DNA of 64,000 nucleotides from the NCBI GenBank assembly GCA_049999805.1, contig JBNGIO010005951.1, positions 132,700-196,699 of the forward strand. Direction: 5' to 3'. Positions 38,701 through 49,939 of the stretch are shown here, piece by piece. A program made the position numbers and the translations under genes. A model generated the notes under the pieces. That model searched no databases. It worked only from the letters and a program-made list of their open reading frames with translations, and had not been told where the DNA came from. The stretch's first letter is position 1. Each line of letters opens with the position of its first letter. The DNA is from Folioceros fuciformis. Lineage: Eukaryota.

Positions 38701-39436
38701 CCGACATACGCATCCGGTGATACAGCTGCACAGCCTGCTTATCTTGCCCTTGCTTGACGTGCGCAGAAATGATGGCCGACCACGTAAAGGCATCCGGCTC
38801 CGAAAGGGCAGCAAACACATTCATCGCCTCTTCCAACCTGGCATGGGAAGCATACATCCGCAGAATGTGGTTGCACAAGAACGTGTCCGATTCATACCCC
38901 TTCCTCACACTCAAGGCATGAACACAGCGACCAAGAGCCAAATCCCTCTTAGCCACACACTGTTTTAGTACGGCATACACCAGAGATTTAGCAACACGAC
39001 ATTCTGCTTGCACCATAAGCCCCAGAGCCTCGACCGCCTCACTCACCTGCCCCTGCTGACATAGCTCGATCACTGCCTCAGCGTTAGAGCCCATTTCGCA
39101 TCTAGCAGGCCTGCGAAGCTCAGAAGGCACCAGGTCTCCCCAGCTGGATGCGGGGGCAAGAGGCCCCATATCCAGTCCCAGGGCAGCCAGCTGCTGTCCA
39201 TCTCCCGGTCCTTCCTTGCCGAAGCTGTTCAACCGGAAGGTCTCCTGGTACTCTTTGTGCCGGGATGAGTACGACCTCTCCACAAAAATTTGTCCCCTTA
39301 CAGCCTGCTTCCTGGAAGTCACTTGGGTGGGAGCTTTCCCACTAAACCCACCAATCTGTTGGGTCCACACAAACTGCCCTGCCAACGGATCCTGTTGCCC
39401 TTTAGGTGGCTCAATTACCCCGCTCCACACAGCCAT
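35714..39436 (-). CDS. Intronless PLS-class PPR protein with E domains and a truncated WW-type DYW start; organellar RNA-editing specificity factor
   Basis: Nine MY(A)KCG-type S motifs, most within ~104-aa P-L-S triplets. EHYTCMVDLLGRAG, AVWNTLLGACR, AYLLMSNIY. Ends KEPGQSWWTDMDGLVLSFSVG. Confidence 0.96.
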   Translation of the reverse strand: MAVWSGVIEPPKGQQDPLAGQFVWTQQIGGFSGKAPTQVTSRKQAVRGQIFVERSYSSRHKEYQETFRLNSFGKEGPGDGQQLAALGLDMGPLAPASSWGDLVPSELRRPARCEMGSNAEAVIELCQQGQVSEAVEALGLMVQAECRVAKSLVYAVLKQCVAKRDLALGRCVHALSVRKGYESDTFLCNHILRMYASHARLEEAMNVFAALSEPDAFTWSAIISAHVKQGQDKQAVQLYHRMRMSGIKPDAHVFVAALQACAKGVDLESGQKVHADVMAGGLQRDLFVSSCLVDMYAKCGSLEDAQRLFDGLPRKDVVTWSALIAGYSQQGMGQEALRLYSCMLEEGLVAPNSVTFLCLLQACACVGPPALAKGRQLHAQIREQELQTDVSVANSLVNMYAKCGNLEAARQVFEGLDRKTVVTWNVMIAGYSQQGMGQEALRLYRAMQEEGMMTLNSATCVCLLQACASAGSCGLENGRELHAQIRGEGLQADVFVASSLVNMYAKCGSLEDARNLFDSLHQKDVVTWGAMIGAYSQQGMGWEAIQLYRAMREEGIVSPDSVTFMCLLQACARVGTLALDAGKQLHAQIRERGLQADVAVGGRLVNMYVKCGSLVDAQDVFVRLGEKNVVTWNVMITGYSQLGMAQEALGLYRGMQEEGSVTPDCVTFAGLLQSCASLGTPALEQGRQLYAQIRERGLQADPFVASSLVNMYAKCGSLEDARDIFDRLSQKDSVTWSTLIAAYSQQGMGQEALNLYRAMQEEDKAAPTSVTYVCLLQACAGVGNPALEKGKQIHAKVKEHGFQDDPFVASSLVNMYAKCGSLEDARTVFDGLGERNVVMWNAMIAGYAQHGMGQEAFRLYRAMQDECTVTPDSVTFVSLLQACAVVGIPALETGKQLHAQLTERGLLGNEFVASSLINMYAKCGNLESAQDAFDELPQKHVVTWNAMIAGYSQKGMGLEALRLYKAMQEDGMEAPDSVTFLCLVQACANVAALHLGRQLHAQIKEAGFQADMLIAGSLINMYGKCGSMEDAVLVFEAMARRDVAAWNALISGYANLGNSKQVFHLVLRMRESGIPPDSITFSSVLTVCSHTGLVNEGRRFFEEMTRLYGISPTAEHYTCMVDLLGRAGFLDEALSLLTTMPFPPDAAVWNTLLGACRKWSNVEVGRHAFDEAVKVDKNDAGAYLLMSNIYADAQMWERAREVQAWKAGIGARKEPGQSWWTDMDGLVLSFSVGYKYVSRE

Positions 39437-39845
39437 GGCTCCTAAGAGTCAGTGGCTAGAATGCAATGCGTCTCGTTTCTACGACGAGACGACCATAGCA
39501 CAACCGCAGTTGCAACAGTGCACCCTCATAAACTGCACAGGTGTCCTTTAACTGACACAGGAAACAATGCCGGAGGGACAAGAACGAAGTCCAAATCCCG
39601 GCAACTGCTCTACAGTACCTAGCCCCATGTACGTACCTTACTCCACGTTGGCAAAATGTACAGCGACCCCAGAGGCACAATGTATGTAGTCAGTCCCTCT
39701 AGTCACAATGTTCAGCTGAAACACGAAAACAAAGCGACAGCATCACATCAGGGTGACGTGGAGCAATCGGATAACGGCAGTCGGCTGGCACAGTAACAAG
39801 ACGTGAACTGAAGCCCGAAGTGACTTCAAAGCTGGAGGATGCGAG

Positions 39846-41692
39846 ATGGACGCCAAGGAGGGCCGCACGGGAGCCTACAGCGAAGGACCCCCCTGGATGT
39901 TCACAGGCAGGTCAGGGATTCGTTTCCTCCGTCTCCCCTTTCTCCCCTGCCTTCTTGCAATCGGGCCAGGCGAGAATATTTGTGGGTCGGCTGGCTTGAG
40001 ACCAAGTGGAGCGGCATTGTTTGTCCTTGCAGAGCATTGTATCAGCTGCATCTGGTGAAAGCGGAAGTGGCTCAGCGCTTCGTCCCTTCGGAGCTCAAGC
40101 TGGTGCAAGCCTTCGGGTGAGGGAGGAGCTGCAACTGACTGCCTCAAACCGGACCATGCTGTTGTAAGGATTCTTGGCTTGATTGACTCATGTATGGATG
40201 GATGGATGGATGGCATGTCCTGCAACAGTTACACTCTGGGAGGACTCTACCTTGCACGCTACAACGGCAGCCCCGCTGGTGTTTTTGACGAGGTTGTCAC
40301 AGCTTGGTAACCTCAATCCAGCATACTTGCCTTGCTCTCCATGATGTTGGAACAGACTTACCGAGTGACGTACCACTGTTGCTGCAGCTCGTTGTCATCG
40401 CGGGCATAGTGTGGAATCCTCCAACCTCTTGCGCGTGTGTAGGCTTTGACTATTCCTCTCTGGCTCTGCTCTGGCAGACTGTGTCTTCTGCAATGGTTGG
40501 TGGAAGACTGTGTCTTTTGCAATGGTTAGTGGAATATTGTTGAGTCTGTGTTACTGCTTCTCACAGCTGGGCTGCCAACGTACTTGTCAGCAGTGAAGAA
40601 GCGCGAGATCATGGTAGAAAGGTAGGCATGTCTGGGCCTTCCTGCAGTCGTTATTGAATATGTGAGGTGTTCCAAGTAGGGTCCGATCACGCTCGTCCTT
40701 TCCTTCCTTCCTTCCTTACTTACTTCGTTCATGTTGCATCCCGCAGGACGTAGGACTTCCCAGCCAGTTTGCTCAATTCTCACAGGTGAGTTCCTTGGTC
40801 AGTTTCACCCCTTCACTTTCTTTCCCATCTCGCTTGCTTCTCAAATGTCACTATCCTTCGGTCGTCCCTGCGCAACAGACATGCTCCCGGGTTCGGAACA
40901 GTCGTCCAGTATGGTGGGACCTTCCGGCCAGGTGGAAGCAGAATCGGTCTTCGGAAACCTTTGGATTCAAGGTTGACGCGGAAAGGGAGAATGTATCAAA
41001 CCTTCAATCTTTGTGCCACATCGCACTTCCCCACGACAGTAAGCTTGGCCAAATTACGCATTGTCGTACATGATTCTTTCTTGTTTGCATCATCGCCAGA
41101 TAGCCGATTCCTTGTGATCCTGGCAGCTGTGATAAAAGGCAAGCGGCCAAGACAATGGAGCGGACCAAGCATCAAGATGGCACTGCCAAGTTTCAGGTCA
41201 GGAGTTCCTCACCTGATCCGTCAACATGCGCGGATGTTGCTCGCACTTCAAGCATCCTGAAATCACTCATGGTATATCCGCTTTACCTCTTTTGCCTGCA
41301 GCGGCAAGACAAAGGAGCAGCCTGAACTGCTGAAATACTCGTGTGATCTACGTTGCAGGTGTGACCTCTTATGCAGGAGACCAGCCCTTTCTTCCTTGCG
41401 GTGTGCACGGCAAGCTAAGCCTGACGTGTGGTGTGTGCACATGTGCAGCGTGAGGCTGGTGCCGCCTGCCGTGGTCACCTTGTCGCGGGCGGCCGAAGAT
41501 GAGAGCTCCGAGCTGCCGGCAGGCGTACGAGGGGTTCAAGAAATCCTGCTCTCCAAGCCACTGCTTGCCATGCATTTTGACAACATGATCATGTCCGTAG
41601 AAGCTCCCCTGCTGGTTTCCACCAAGGCAGCAACTTCATCCACCACGAAATCCTCCAGGCTCTCGCAACCAGCTTTTGCTGATCAGAAATAA
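39846..41692 (+). CDS. NXD1: NEOXANTHIN-DEFICIENT 1-like protein
   Basis: Spliced sequence PPWMFTGRALYQLHLVKAE..KLVQAFGYTLGGLYLARYNGSPAGVFDELVVIAGIVWNPPTSCAW; also WSGPSIKMALPSF and ILLSKPLLAMHF. Confidence 0.92.
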
Positions 41693-43521
41693 AATTGACC
41701 TCACCATCACACAGTGGACTGAGGTGACTTACCTTTTCTCATCTTTGTTCCAGATCATACTAGGGCTATAGAAGCGCCGGAGGTTGAGTACCGCGTCTAG
41801 GCCATTACTAGCTGATGGAAATAGGAGGCGTAGGCAAACGACATCGTGCAGGAAGCAGTTGCCGCATGCTTGCTTGCGAACGCTCGGGGCGAAGCCGTGT
41901 AAACTCAAGGGCAGTGCGATGAAGCCAATTCTCCAAGGCAGCCCAGCTCCTGCGTCTTGGCAGCAGCCTTCGTCGATCCCTCGACAAATGAAACGCGCAA
42001 CAAAATGACCTAGCGGCGGTAACCAGTACAAGATGGCAGCGACCGAGCATCCCCTGACGGACCAAGGAGAACGGGGACACGTGCCTGTACGACCTGAAAC
42101 CAGCAGGGAGAAGAAGGCGCGAGCCTTAGCAGCCTGTATCGAGCAGCAGGGTAAGCAGAGCAGCATCCCACAACAAGCTCTTGAGATGCGGCTCGCTTGC
42201 TGACCGTGTTGTGTTGAACCAACTGTGTTGCAGTATCCTATGTCACATGTTTGAGGAAAGGCGTGTTCACTGATTGCTCTGAAAGCAAGAAAGCTCTGTG
42301 GGACTGCTACACGGAACACAGGGTAACATCACCACACCCTTGTGTTCGGGCACAAGATGTACGTGATTACCTTCCTACATGTCTTTCCCAAACAGCCTGT
42401 CGTCTGCTCTCAGGGCGTAAGCAGCACAAAGATGTCGAGATTTTTCTCCGTGTCGTCCAAGCAGGAGTAGTGTTGAATCCTTGCGTCACACGGTGTGGCC
42501 TCTGCTGTGGAGGTGCGAGGGTGTCCATCAGGTTCAGACTGACGCTATCTTCGTGCTTTTCCTTTGAAATATGCTATTCTTGCATCTGCGTTTGCAAGAC
42601 CTTCAGTATGCACTTCAACCAAGACTCCTGTCTTAGGTCCAACTCGCGATTCCAAAACCCAAGCCCCTTCGTCCGGGCAAATCCCCCTGGACCATGCAAT
42701 CCGATAGATCTTGCCTTGAGCTGAGGCAAGGGTTTTGGAAACATCAAAATTAGGGGAATCCTTGATATGTTTGTGGATGGGCAGGTTTTGAGGGAATCAC
42801 TATTCGGGGTGCTACTATTCCATGGAATGCCATTTCTGCTGTGAGTTGCCTCTTGTAGTCCATCTTTTATTTAAACATTGAAAACAAACGTATACTTTAG
42901 TTGCATATATATGATCACCTTTATAGAAAGAAATTGGTTTGGACCTTACTACTCCCTCCAAAAAAAAATAACTGGCCCACCAAATAGCCTTCCTTTAATT
43001 TCTACAACCCCTATTTATCAAAAATAACAAGTTCAAACCAAACATTAATAGTATAAGCTAAGCATTCTATTACTATTATTGTTGTTCTAGTATATAAAAG
43101 CTATGTGACAAATACTGTTCAATTGCTTCTAGAAGACTTAAATTTGTCGTCGACGATAACCTTCTTAAGCTTAAAGGAGCTCGAAGCTCTTACACATGTG
43201 TGGTTTATGATATTGGTTCATTTGATATTTATAATAAAAAAAAACGAATTTAAAATTAATTAATTAAATTGAATTTGGTCTCAATTTTTTGGATTTGTTC
43301 ATACAAGATAATTTCTCCAAAAAAAACTGTCTACATTAAATGGAGGATTCAAAGGTGTGAGTTAAGATGTTTGATAGCTAGATTTACTTGTTTCCATTGT
43401 ATATTAAATGCTTAAAATTATGAGAAACTTTGTTACTTGTTACAGTACTTTGCAATGTTTTAGCTATGTATGCATTAAATTTATTATATATATTTTTAAT
43501 TATTATTATTCATGGTGGTTT

Positions 43522-44469
43522 ATGATGGAACAGTTTCAAAATCTTCAATTGATACAACATGTTATTAATGCACAAAGGGAAAGGAAAGAAGAAAACATGG
43601 ACAAAGGCAATATTGAGTATTGGAAGGCCAAAGGGTTACCAAGTAATGGTGTCCGGTTGAATAAAAAGACGGACCTATGTGATTTAACACCCGATGATAA
43701 GTTATCAAAATATTTTGGTCGTACACAAGGTTATTTGTCGTTGAATCATCATTCGACTTTTCCAAAAGAGATGAAGGAAAGAATGGAAATATTATATGAA
43801 AGAATCTTCGAGAGACCCTTAGATTGGAATGAGGGAAAGCTATATATTAAATTTGGAAGAGCATTCCTTGCTCAAGAGCTTCAAAAGACCCAAATCAATT
43901 GGGCTCACTATGCTGTGTCAGAATATGCTCGCATTCAAAAGAGAAACGAGAAGAAGAGGAAGCGAGTAGTGTATGAGAAAGACAACAAGCACGATGTTGA
44001 AGAGGTCAACAATGACCAACCACACGATGAAGTAGATAGAGATGATGACTCGAAAGTGCAGGAATGGGTGTACGAGAGCTTCAAAATCAATCTCAGCCCT
44101 CCTGCGTATGGAGTTGAATATCTTGAAAGAGCTTCGACAAATAAGTTGCTTCAAATGTTTGACAAGCACTGGCAAACTAATGTGCTTGATAGCTCTGAAG
44201 TGGAGCAGGACAAGGAATTTTTAGAAGAAGCACTCAAACTCGCTGATAAAAAGTTCCAGCATTTCAAAGATGAAATGCGATTTACGAGGCCCATTGAGGT
44301 AGCTAATGACATTTTATTGTGCGAGGAAAGACGCAAACTTAATCGGTATGCAGCTTGGGATAGTTGGAATACAGACGTGCACAAATGGTTTGAGTATTTA
44401 AAATACAAGTATGCACGTAATGTCATTGCTCAAAAACTTTGGGCCATATGTAATATAAATGTAAAATAG
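43522..44469 (+). CDS. Orphan protein, paralog of 55799-56902 (start uncertain; ORF open from 43408)
   Basis: Long open AT-rich ORF. Aligns by eye with the 328-aa minus-strand ORF over both the N- and C-terminal blocks. Confidence 0.8.
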   Translation: MMEQFQNLQLIQHVINAQRERKEENMDKGNIEYWKAKGLPSNGVRLNKKTDLCDLTPDDKLSKYFGRTQGYLSLNHHSTFPKEMKERMEILYERIFERPLDWNEGKLYIKFGRAFLAQELQKTQINWAHYAVSEYARIQKRNEKKRKRVVYEKDNKHDVEEVNNDQPHDEVDRDDDSKVQEWVYESFKINLSPPAYGVEYLERASTNKLLQMFDKHWQTNVLDSSEVEQDKEFLEEALKLADKKFQHFKDEMRFTRPIEVANDILLCEERRKLNRYAAWDSWNTDVHKWFEYLKYKYARNVIAQKLWAICNINVK

Positions 44470-46591
44470 GTACTAGAACAACGTTTGAATTAAATCAAGT
44501 ATATCAACACAAATTGGGTTTCACTCAAAATCCAAACAATAAACGGTTATTTTCACAATCGTCCGCTTGTTTTGCTAGTTTGTGACGGTGGTAATAGGTG
44601 CACACCATGCACTCTTCACAATGCAATCACATCGGGAATGATATGATGAGACCCAAATGTTTTTGATCTTAGATCACTGTCCATTGATACTACTTGTTCT
44701 CAAAAACCCCTGTTTTTTGCATGTATTTGATTCATTTCAAATAGTGGGTCTAGAGGATACAAACCCTATAGGATATCGCAGCGCCCATCACGACACATGG
44801 TGCACCCATGTGTGAGCCATGCAAGATGGACCGTCGTACTATGTTAGTAGCCTCAAGTCGGGGATTAGCCAATGCTAGCCGAGCACACCCTTCTTCTTCC
44901 TCCTCTTCATCGCTTGCTTTGGGTTTTCATTAAACATGTCTGCGAAAGCACCATGCATCGGTTGGTGCCCATGAGTCCTTGCTCTTGTTCTCCTAGCAAT
45001 TGGGCCATAAGTTGATCTTTAAGGGGTGTCTTGGACTACTACTTGGTCTTCTCGTATCTCACCAACAACTTTTGCAGCTTCCTGAAAATCTTGTACAATT
45101 GGTCTCCTTTCGATATCCTTCATGGTCCTTTCCATCTTGAGATTGTCTCCTTGTTCGTATGGAATATTTTGGGATTGATTGTGAATTTCATATAACTTAG
45201 TTTTGATCAGTTCTTGTGTCCGTAGCTGCAGAGTACTATCGTGCGTCAACAAGAATGCATATGGCAATATAAAAGTTTTTGATAGAATCAAGCGATCCAA
45301 ATTCGGGAGTTGACGAAAGCGATGACGTTTCCCACTCGGGCGCGAAGGCAATGGAAGATCGTGTAGGGTACAAAGGAAATATAATTGACAACTATGAGGG
45401 CCGCATAGTGGTTTGCTGCGAGAGCTCAATTTGCATGGTCGTCAACTACAATCACCGAACTAGCACCTTGGTTTCTTGCAATGTTGATAATCATACTCTA
45501 GCACAAGCATGGTAGCAACTAAAGCCTATCACAATGAACTCATATGTACATTCCAAACCCAAGCATCCACACTCTTACTAGTTTTCACGACTGAAGAGGT
45601 ACAACAATGGCTGGATAACGAGCATGGCCACTGCTACAATACCAAGTGCTTGCAAATTATAGTCCAACTCCAAGCTTCGAAACGTTCGCCTGAATAACGC
45701 AAGCAATAAAAGGGCTTGAAGGCTTTGGCATGAGGAACGCGGCAATGAAAGTCTTCAAATGATTGCTGCCGAGTTTGAGATATGTTATTTAATAAATATA
45801 TACTATATATATTAAAGATAAGGTACACAATATAGGACACCTGGCCATGCATAAGGCTGGTGACCGGTGGTCTTGCACGGGCATGTGCGATGGTGAAGTG
45901 CACGCGTAGGCAAGATGAGTGGCCTCATGGCATGCATGGAGCATGACAAGGTGGATGGAAGGTGGCGGGGCACACGAAAGCTATGCCTCATAACTTTGTC
46001 CGAAGGTTTAGCATAAGCCCAACATAACTCCCTCAAAATGGAGTTAAAGAATGTAGATAATTTAAACAAAAATGACTAGGGAATGTGAATTATTTGATTA
46101 ACCCAAATCCTAAAAGAAAATGAGCTTACGAGAGTTGTATATTGGTTTGAGCTAGGTTGTCATTTTGACCATATAGGGAGCTTACTACATAAAGTAGACA
46201 AAATTTGGGGTTTGAAGAATGGTGAAAAGCTAGGTCTTGAGCCTTATTTTTTTTGAGGATTGACGATTCCAAAAAGACTCAATTTATAATCAGTACGTCC
46301 ACATAGTAGGGCATCATTTTGATCATGTATGGAGCTCGGTTCTAGTCCCTATAAGTAGAAAAAAAAAAATTCAAGATCAAGATTGGTGAAAAGCCCGATA
46401 GTCTGGGCCAAAGTGTAGTAAAGGTAGGCAATCTCGATAATTAAAACAATAATCGGTCAAAGTAACACCTTGGTTTAAACCCATACATGAAACTCAAGCT
46501 ACTAATATAAACATAGCTGACATTCTAAACATGGCAGTGGAAGGACAAAAGATCTTTGTATATTAACGTGTTTAGTTTTATCAAAGTTTGT

Positions 46592-47190
46592 ATTTTTTAT
46601 TATTGAAAAAGAGATGGAAAGTCCAATTTATTCCAAAGATTGGAGGAACAAATGAGTAGGGCCAAAGGCCAAAAGGGGTACTAACCCCTTTTGGAATAAC
46701 GAAAGGCTTACCTACCACCAATGCCGAAGAAGCCGCTTGACCTATGCATGTTGCTATTCTAAAAACCATGTTGGTTAATGATTTTTGCTAAGCAATGGAT
46801 ACACATTGTCGAAAAAAGGTCACCATAGAGGAAAGAGGAAGAATACCATTCCTATAACTCTAATAAACCTCGGCACACTCCTTGATAAACCTTGAAGAGT
46901 CCTTGCCCATAACCCCATGAATCTCAAGAGTGAGGGAGATGAAAGTATGCCCGTCTTGCAGGAGAGAATACTTATGGACATTGACGTTTGCACAACCCTC
47001 CGCCGCCCAACCAGAAGGTTTGATGATGATGTGCTCACAGATCGAATCCCTAGTGGAATCTGTAACAACCACACAGATCGAATCCCTAGTGGAATCTGTA
47101 ACAACCACATCAGAGACACAAACATATTCCCCCTAGTGAAAACTAAAACCCCCTTGCACAAAGTATATGAATGCTCCCTATACTAAAGAA
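46592..47190 (-). mobile_element. 3' fragment of a CRE-like non-LTR element (restriction-like endonuclease domain)
   Basis: VVVTDSTR..GWAAEGCANVNVHKY..GHTFISLTLEIHGVMGKDSSRFIKECA then FFRQCVSIA, matching the RLE D..AA..K.KY..F.P...E..G pattern. A-rich 3' end near 46595. Internal 36-bp duplication at 47036-47107. Confidence 0.75.
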
Positions 47191-47569
47191 ACCCACATTC
47201 ATCAAAGTTAACCACTTTCATAGCTGAAATCAAATAATCTTCTTGATTGGTGTTAGTCCACACTCATGCATTTTCATTAAGAGTGTTGAATAATTAAATA
47301 TTATTAATTCTGTTTGAATTTGCCTTTACATCCAAATAGATCGTTTTATCGTAATTGATGAAAATATTAAAGAATAAGATGTTGTTGATTTTATTTGAAT
47401 TTTCTTTCGGATCCGACAAGCTCATTTTACCCTACTGTGTGCAGTGGCCAGATGGGCATGTAGAACGCAGGTTCTTCTTTCGATGGGAGATGACTTGTTT
47501 GGCCGCTAAATTGTTTTAGTTTCGCAACCTTCGAAGCCGTTTATGGATTGTTCCTAAGCAGCTCAAGAC

Positions 47570-48505
47570 ATGGATGGGATCTCGTATGGTAGGATGGTAC
47601 TTCTGGCAATCACGTTGAGAATCGTCGCTGGAGCACAGATCGGGCACCTGGAAAGGCCCGATCCCGGCGATTCTCGTGCTATGGCTCGGTGGATGGTGTC
47701 TGGTTGGTTCATGCAAAGCTGTGTTCGGAAGCTCCAGCCTTGAACGCCGTCCTAAATTCCGTCTTTGTGTGCAGCACAATCTCACTTCACTTGCACGGCT
47801 CTCCGTTCGGGTAGGCCCGTGCACCGACAATGCACACCAGCTGCTTGCTGATCGCTGTAACCTGAAACATTTGTCCACCCTGAGCATCCTCTGCAGAAAC
47901 ATCGCTTCATTCAGCGACGGGCCGGAGGGGAATGCGTCCGGGTCCGGCACGCCCTACTTCTACCTCTCAAGGCTGGATCCTACTCCGCTAGATCTGGAGC
48001 TGGATCCGCGCTCCTCCCTGGCTCTCAGCGAGTCTCCCCTCGGGACGTGCGGAAGCACCGACGTCGAAAACCCTACCTGCGCTCGCCTCACGCTATCCGT
48101 GAAGGTAGGTGTGCCGGTTGATTCGGTCCTCACGTAGGAGAAGATAGACTTCCAAGGAGGCATATGCGTCTCAGTCCGGTTCCTGGTAGGTGGAGGAGGT
48201 GAAGGAAGAGGGAGAGGTGGAGTTCGCCGCACTGGCTCTGTTTTCCAAGCATCCAGAAATGAAAGGTTAGTGAATGGGTAGAGATGTGGATGCAAGCTTG
48301 CATGTCAGGAAATTAATGCCGAATGATGATGTTGCCGGGCGATGTATGTCTGTATGTACTTGTACACACAGAGTGGCCAGAAGGGCATCACTTCTGCTTC
48401 TACAAGCTCTTTATCCAAGACATCTTCCTCATTGACTGGTACAGAGGGGCCAAACCCCTGTCCGTGGAGGAGTACTATGGTCAGCAAGGCAGCAGTGCCG
48501 AGTGA
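47570..48505 (+). CDS. CREG1: CREG-like secreted/vacuolar protein (pyridoxamine-oxidase-like fold); possibly decaying
   Basis: RPDPGDSRAMARWMVS; STISLHLHGSPFG; NIASFSDG..GTPYFYLSRLDPT..SESPLGTC..NPTCARLTL; ALFSKHPEMKEWPEGHHF.FYKL.IQDIFLIDWY.GAKPLSVEEY. Downstream introns are canonical. Confidence 0.85.
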
Positions 48506-48677
48506 AGAGCCAGAAGGCCCAGAAGCCAATGGATTGACGTGGCTGAAACTCATACCCGCGAAGGAGCTCTGTATCCGATCATCCTGTGTGTGCCTCAGTG
48601 TGTATAACTGATGCCGTGGAGTAGCAGCACCGTTGGCTGGAGACCACCCTGCGAAGAAGCATCTTCATGTGCTCCTC

Positions 48678-49564
48678 TCAGAAAGTGGAAAGCTTGGCGA
48701 TCTTGTCCCGCAAGTAGTAAAGCTTTGCACGTCGTACTCTCCTGCTGGAAATGACCTTGATCTCCTTGATGTTAGGAGAGTACCTGCAAGCAAGCCAGGA
48801 GCCGAACAAGGGTGAGCGGCTTTCGCATCACTGCTCTCCAGAACCCTAAGTGAGGGGACGGGAAACAAGGCACGAGCATACTCACAAGGGATACACCACC
48901 TCCACGCCAACACCAGCAAGGACTCTCCGGATCCTGATAGTGGAGCTGATCCCGGCATTTCGTTTGGCGATGACGATACCCTTCAACTGCGAGACCCTTC
49001 TCTTGTTCTCCGGCACTTCCTGGATGTTGCCGGCAGCATCACCTTGTCAGTCCATCCGGTAAACCCTGTCTCGTAACATCACATGTTTCCATGCCGTGAT
49101 ACTCACAACTTTAAGCTGCACGATGTCACCAGGCTTGATGCGGGGAATGCTCCTCTCCTTCACCGCAGTGTCCACGGCCTCTCTGTCCAAGAGCTGCAGA
49201 TACGTACACCGTCTCATCCACCTTCCATCCGTCACCCGTTCCAACCAATGCCTGAATCATTGCTCTCACCTACCTGCATGATGTGCTTGGCTTGCTTGGT
49301 GAGCTTCTTCGTCTTCACATAGGGCCTGGTGGCTGTAGCCATGATGCTGTTGGTGTTCTCGGATCCAATAGCTTCCACTTCTACAGGCATCGCGCTGAGG
49401 CCTCTCATACGTGCAGCGATTGCTGCTAGCCCGGTCATCTTCCCAAAGCCCAACCCTTGCGCGGCGGCAGCAGCTGCTGCCCCACATCCTGAAGACACCG
49501 GGACCGTACTTATTGCAATCCTGCTCAGCAGGTGTCGGATACCCGCCCTCACCGATGTCGCCAT
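48678..49564 (-). CDS. RPL19: Organellar (probably mitochondrial) ribosomal protein L19/bL19
   Basis: Four exons. Arg-rich amphipathic presequence; [62 protein letters not shown]. Confidence 0.95.
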
Positions 49565-49939
49565 GCCCGATTCTCCTCCAGGCCTGTAACAGCTTCCGAG
49601 ATACCGCGAACAAACATCTATTCAAATCCAGTTCGCCTTCAATCTTTCTCCTCTTCGAAAGCCATGGACTACGACGACGAAGGAGCTCTTGCTAATCTCC
49701 GTTGGCTGCCGCATGCACTCCCTGCTACTTGTACAACTGAATCCTCGACCAGGCGCTGGAAGGACTACGGTATTAGGGGACCGCAGGTTGCAGCAGGTGG
49801 CTCGATATAGGGTTTATGTCCTGAGCACCTTTTCACAGGCCTCCTACCTACCCACGCACTTCAACGGGTTTCTAAATGCTTGAAGTTCTGTAAAAGTCTC
49901 AAGGATTGATGTCTTTTGAATGAATGAAAGTCTTCGAAG

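Noticed and set aside
41729-42724. 196-aa and 157-aa ORFs
   Set aside because: No motifs and no clear exon chain.
42790-42830. Possible TIR (cactattcggggtgctactattc) of a giant element
   Set aside because: No inverted partner found by eye near 57 kb or elsewhere in the window.
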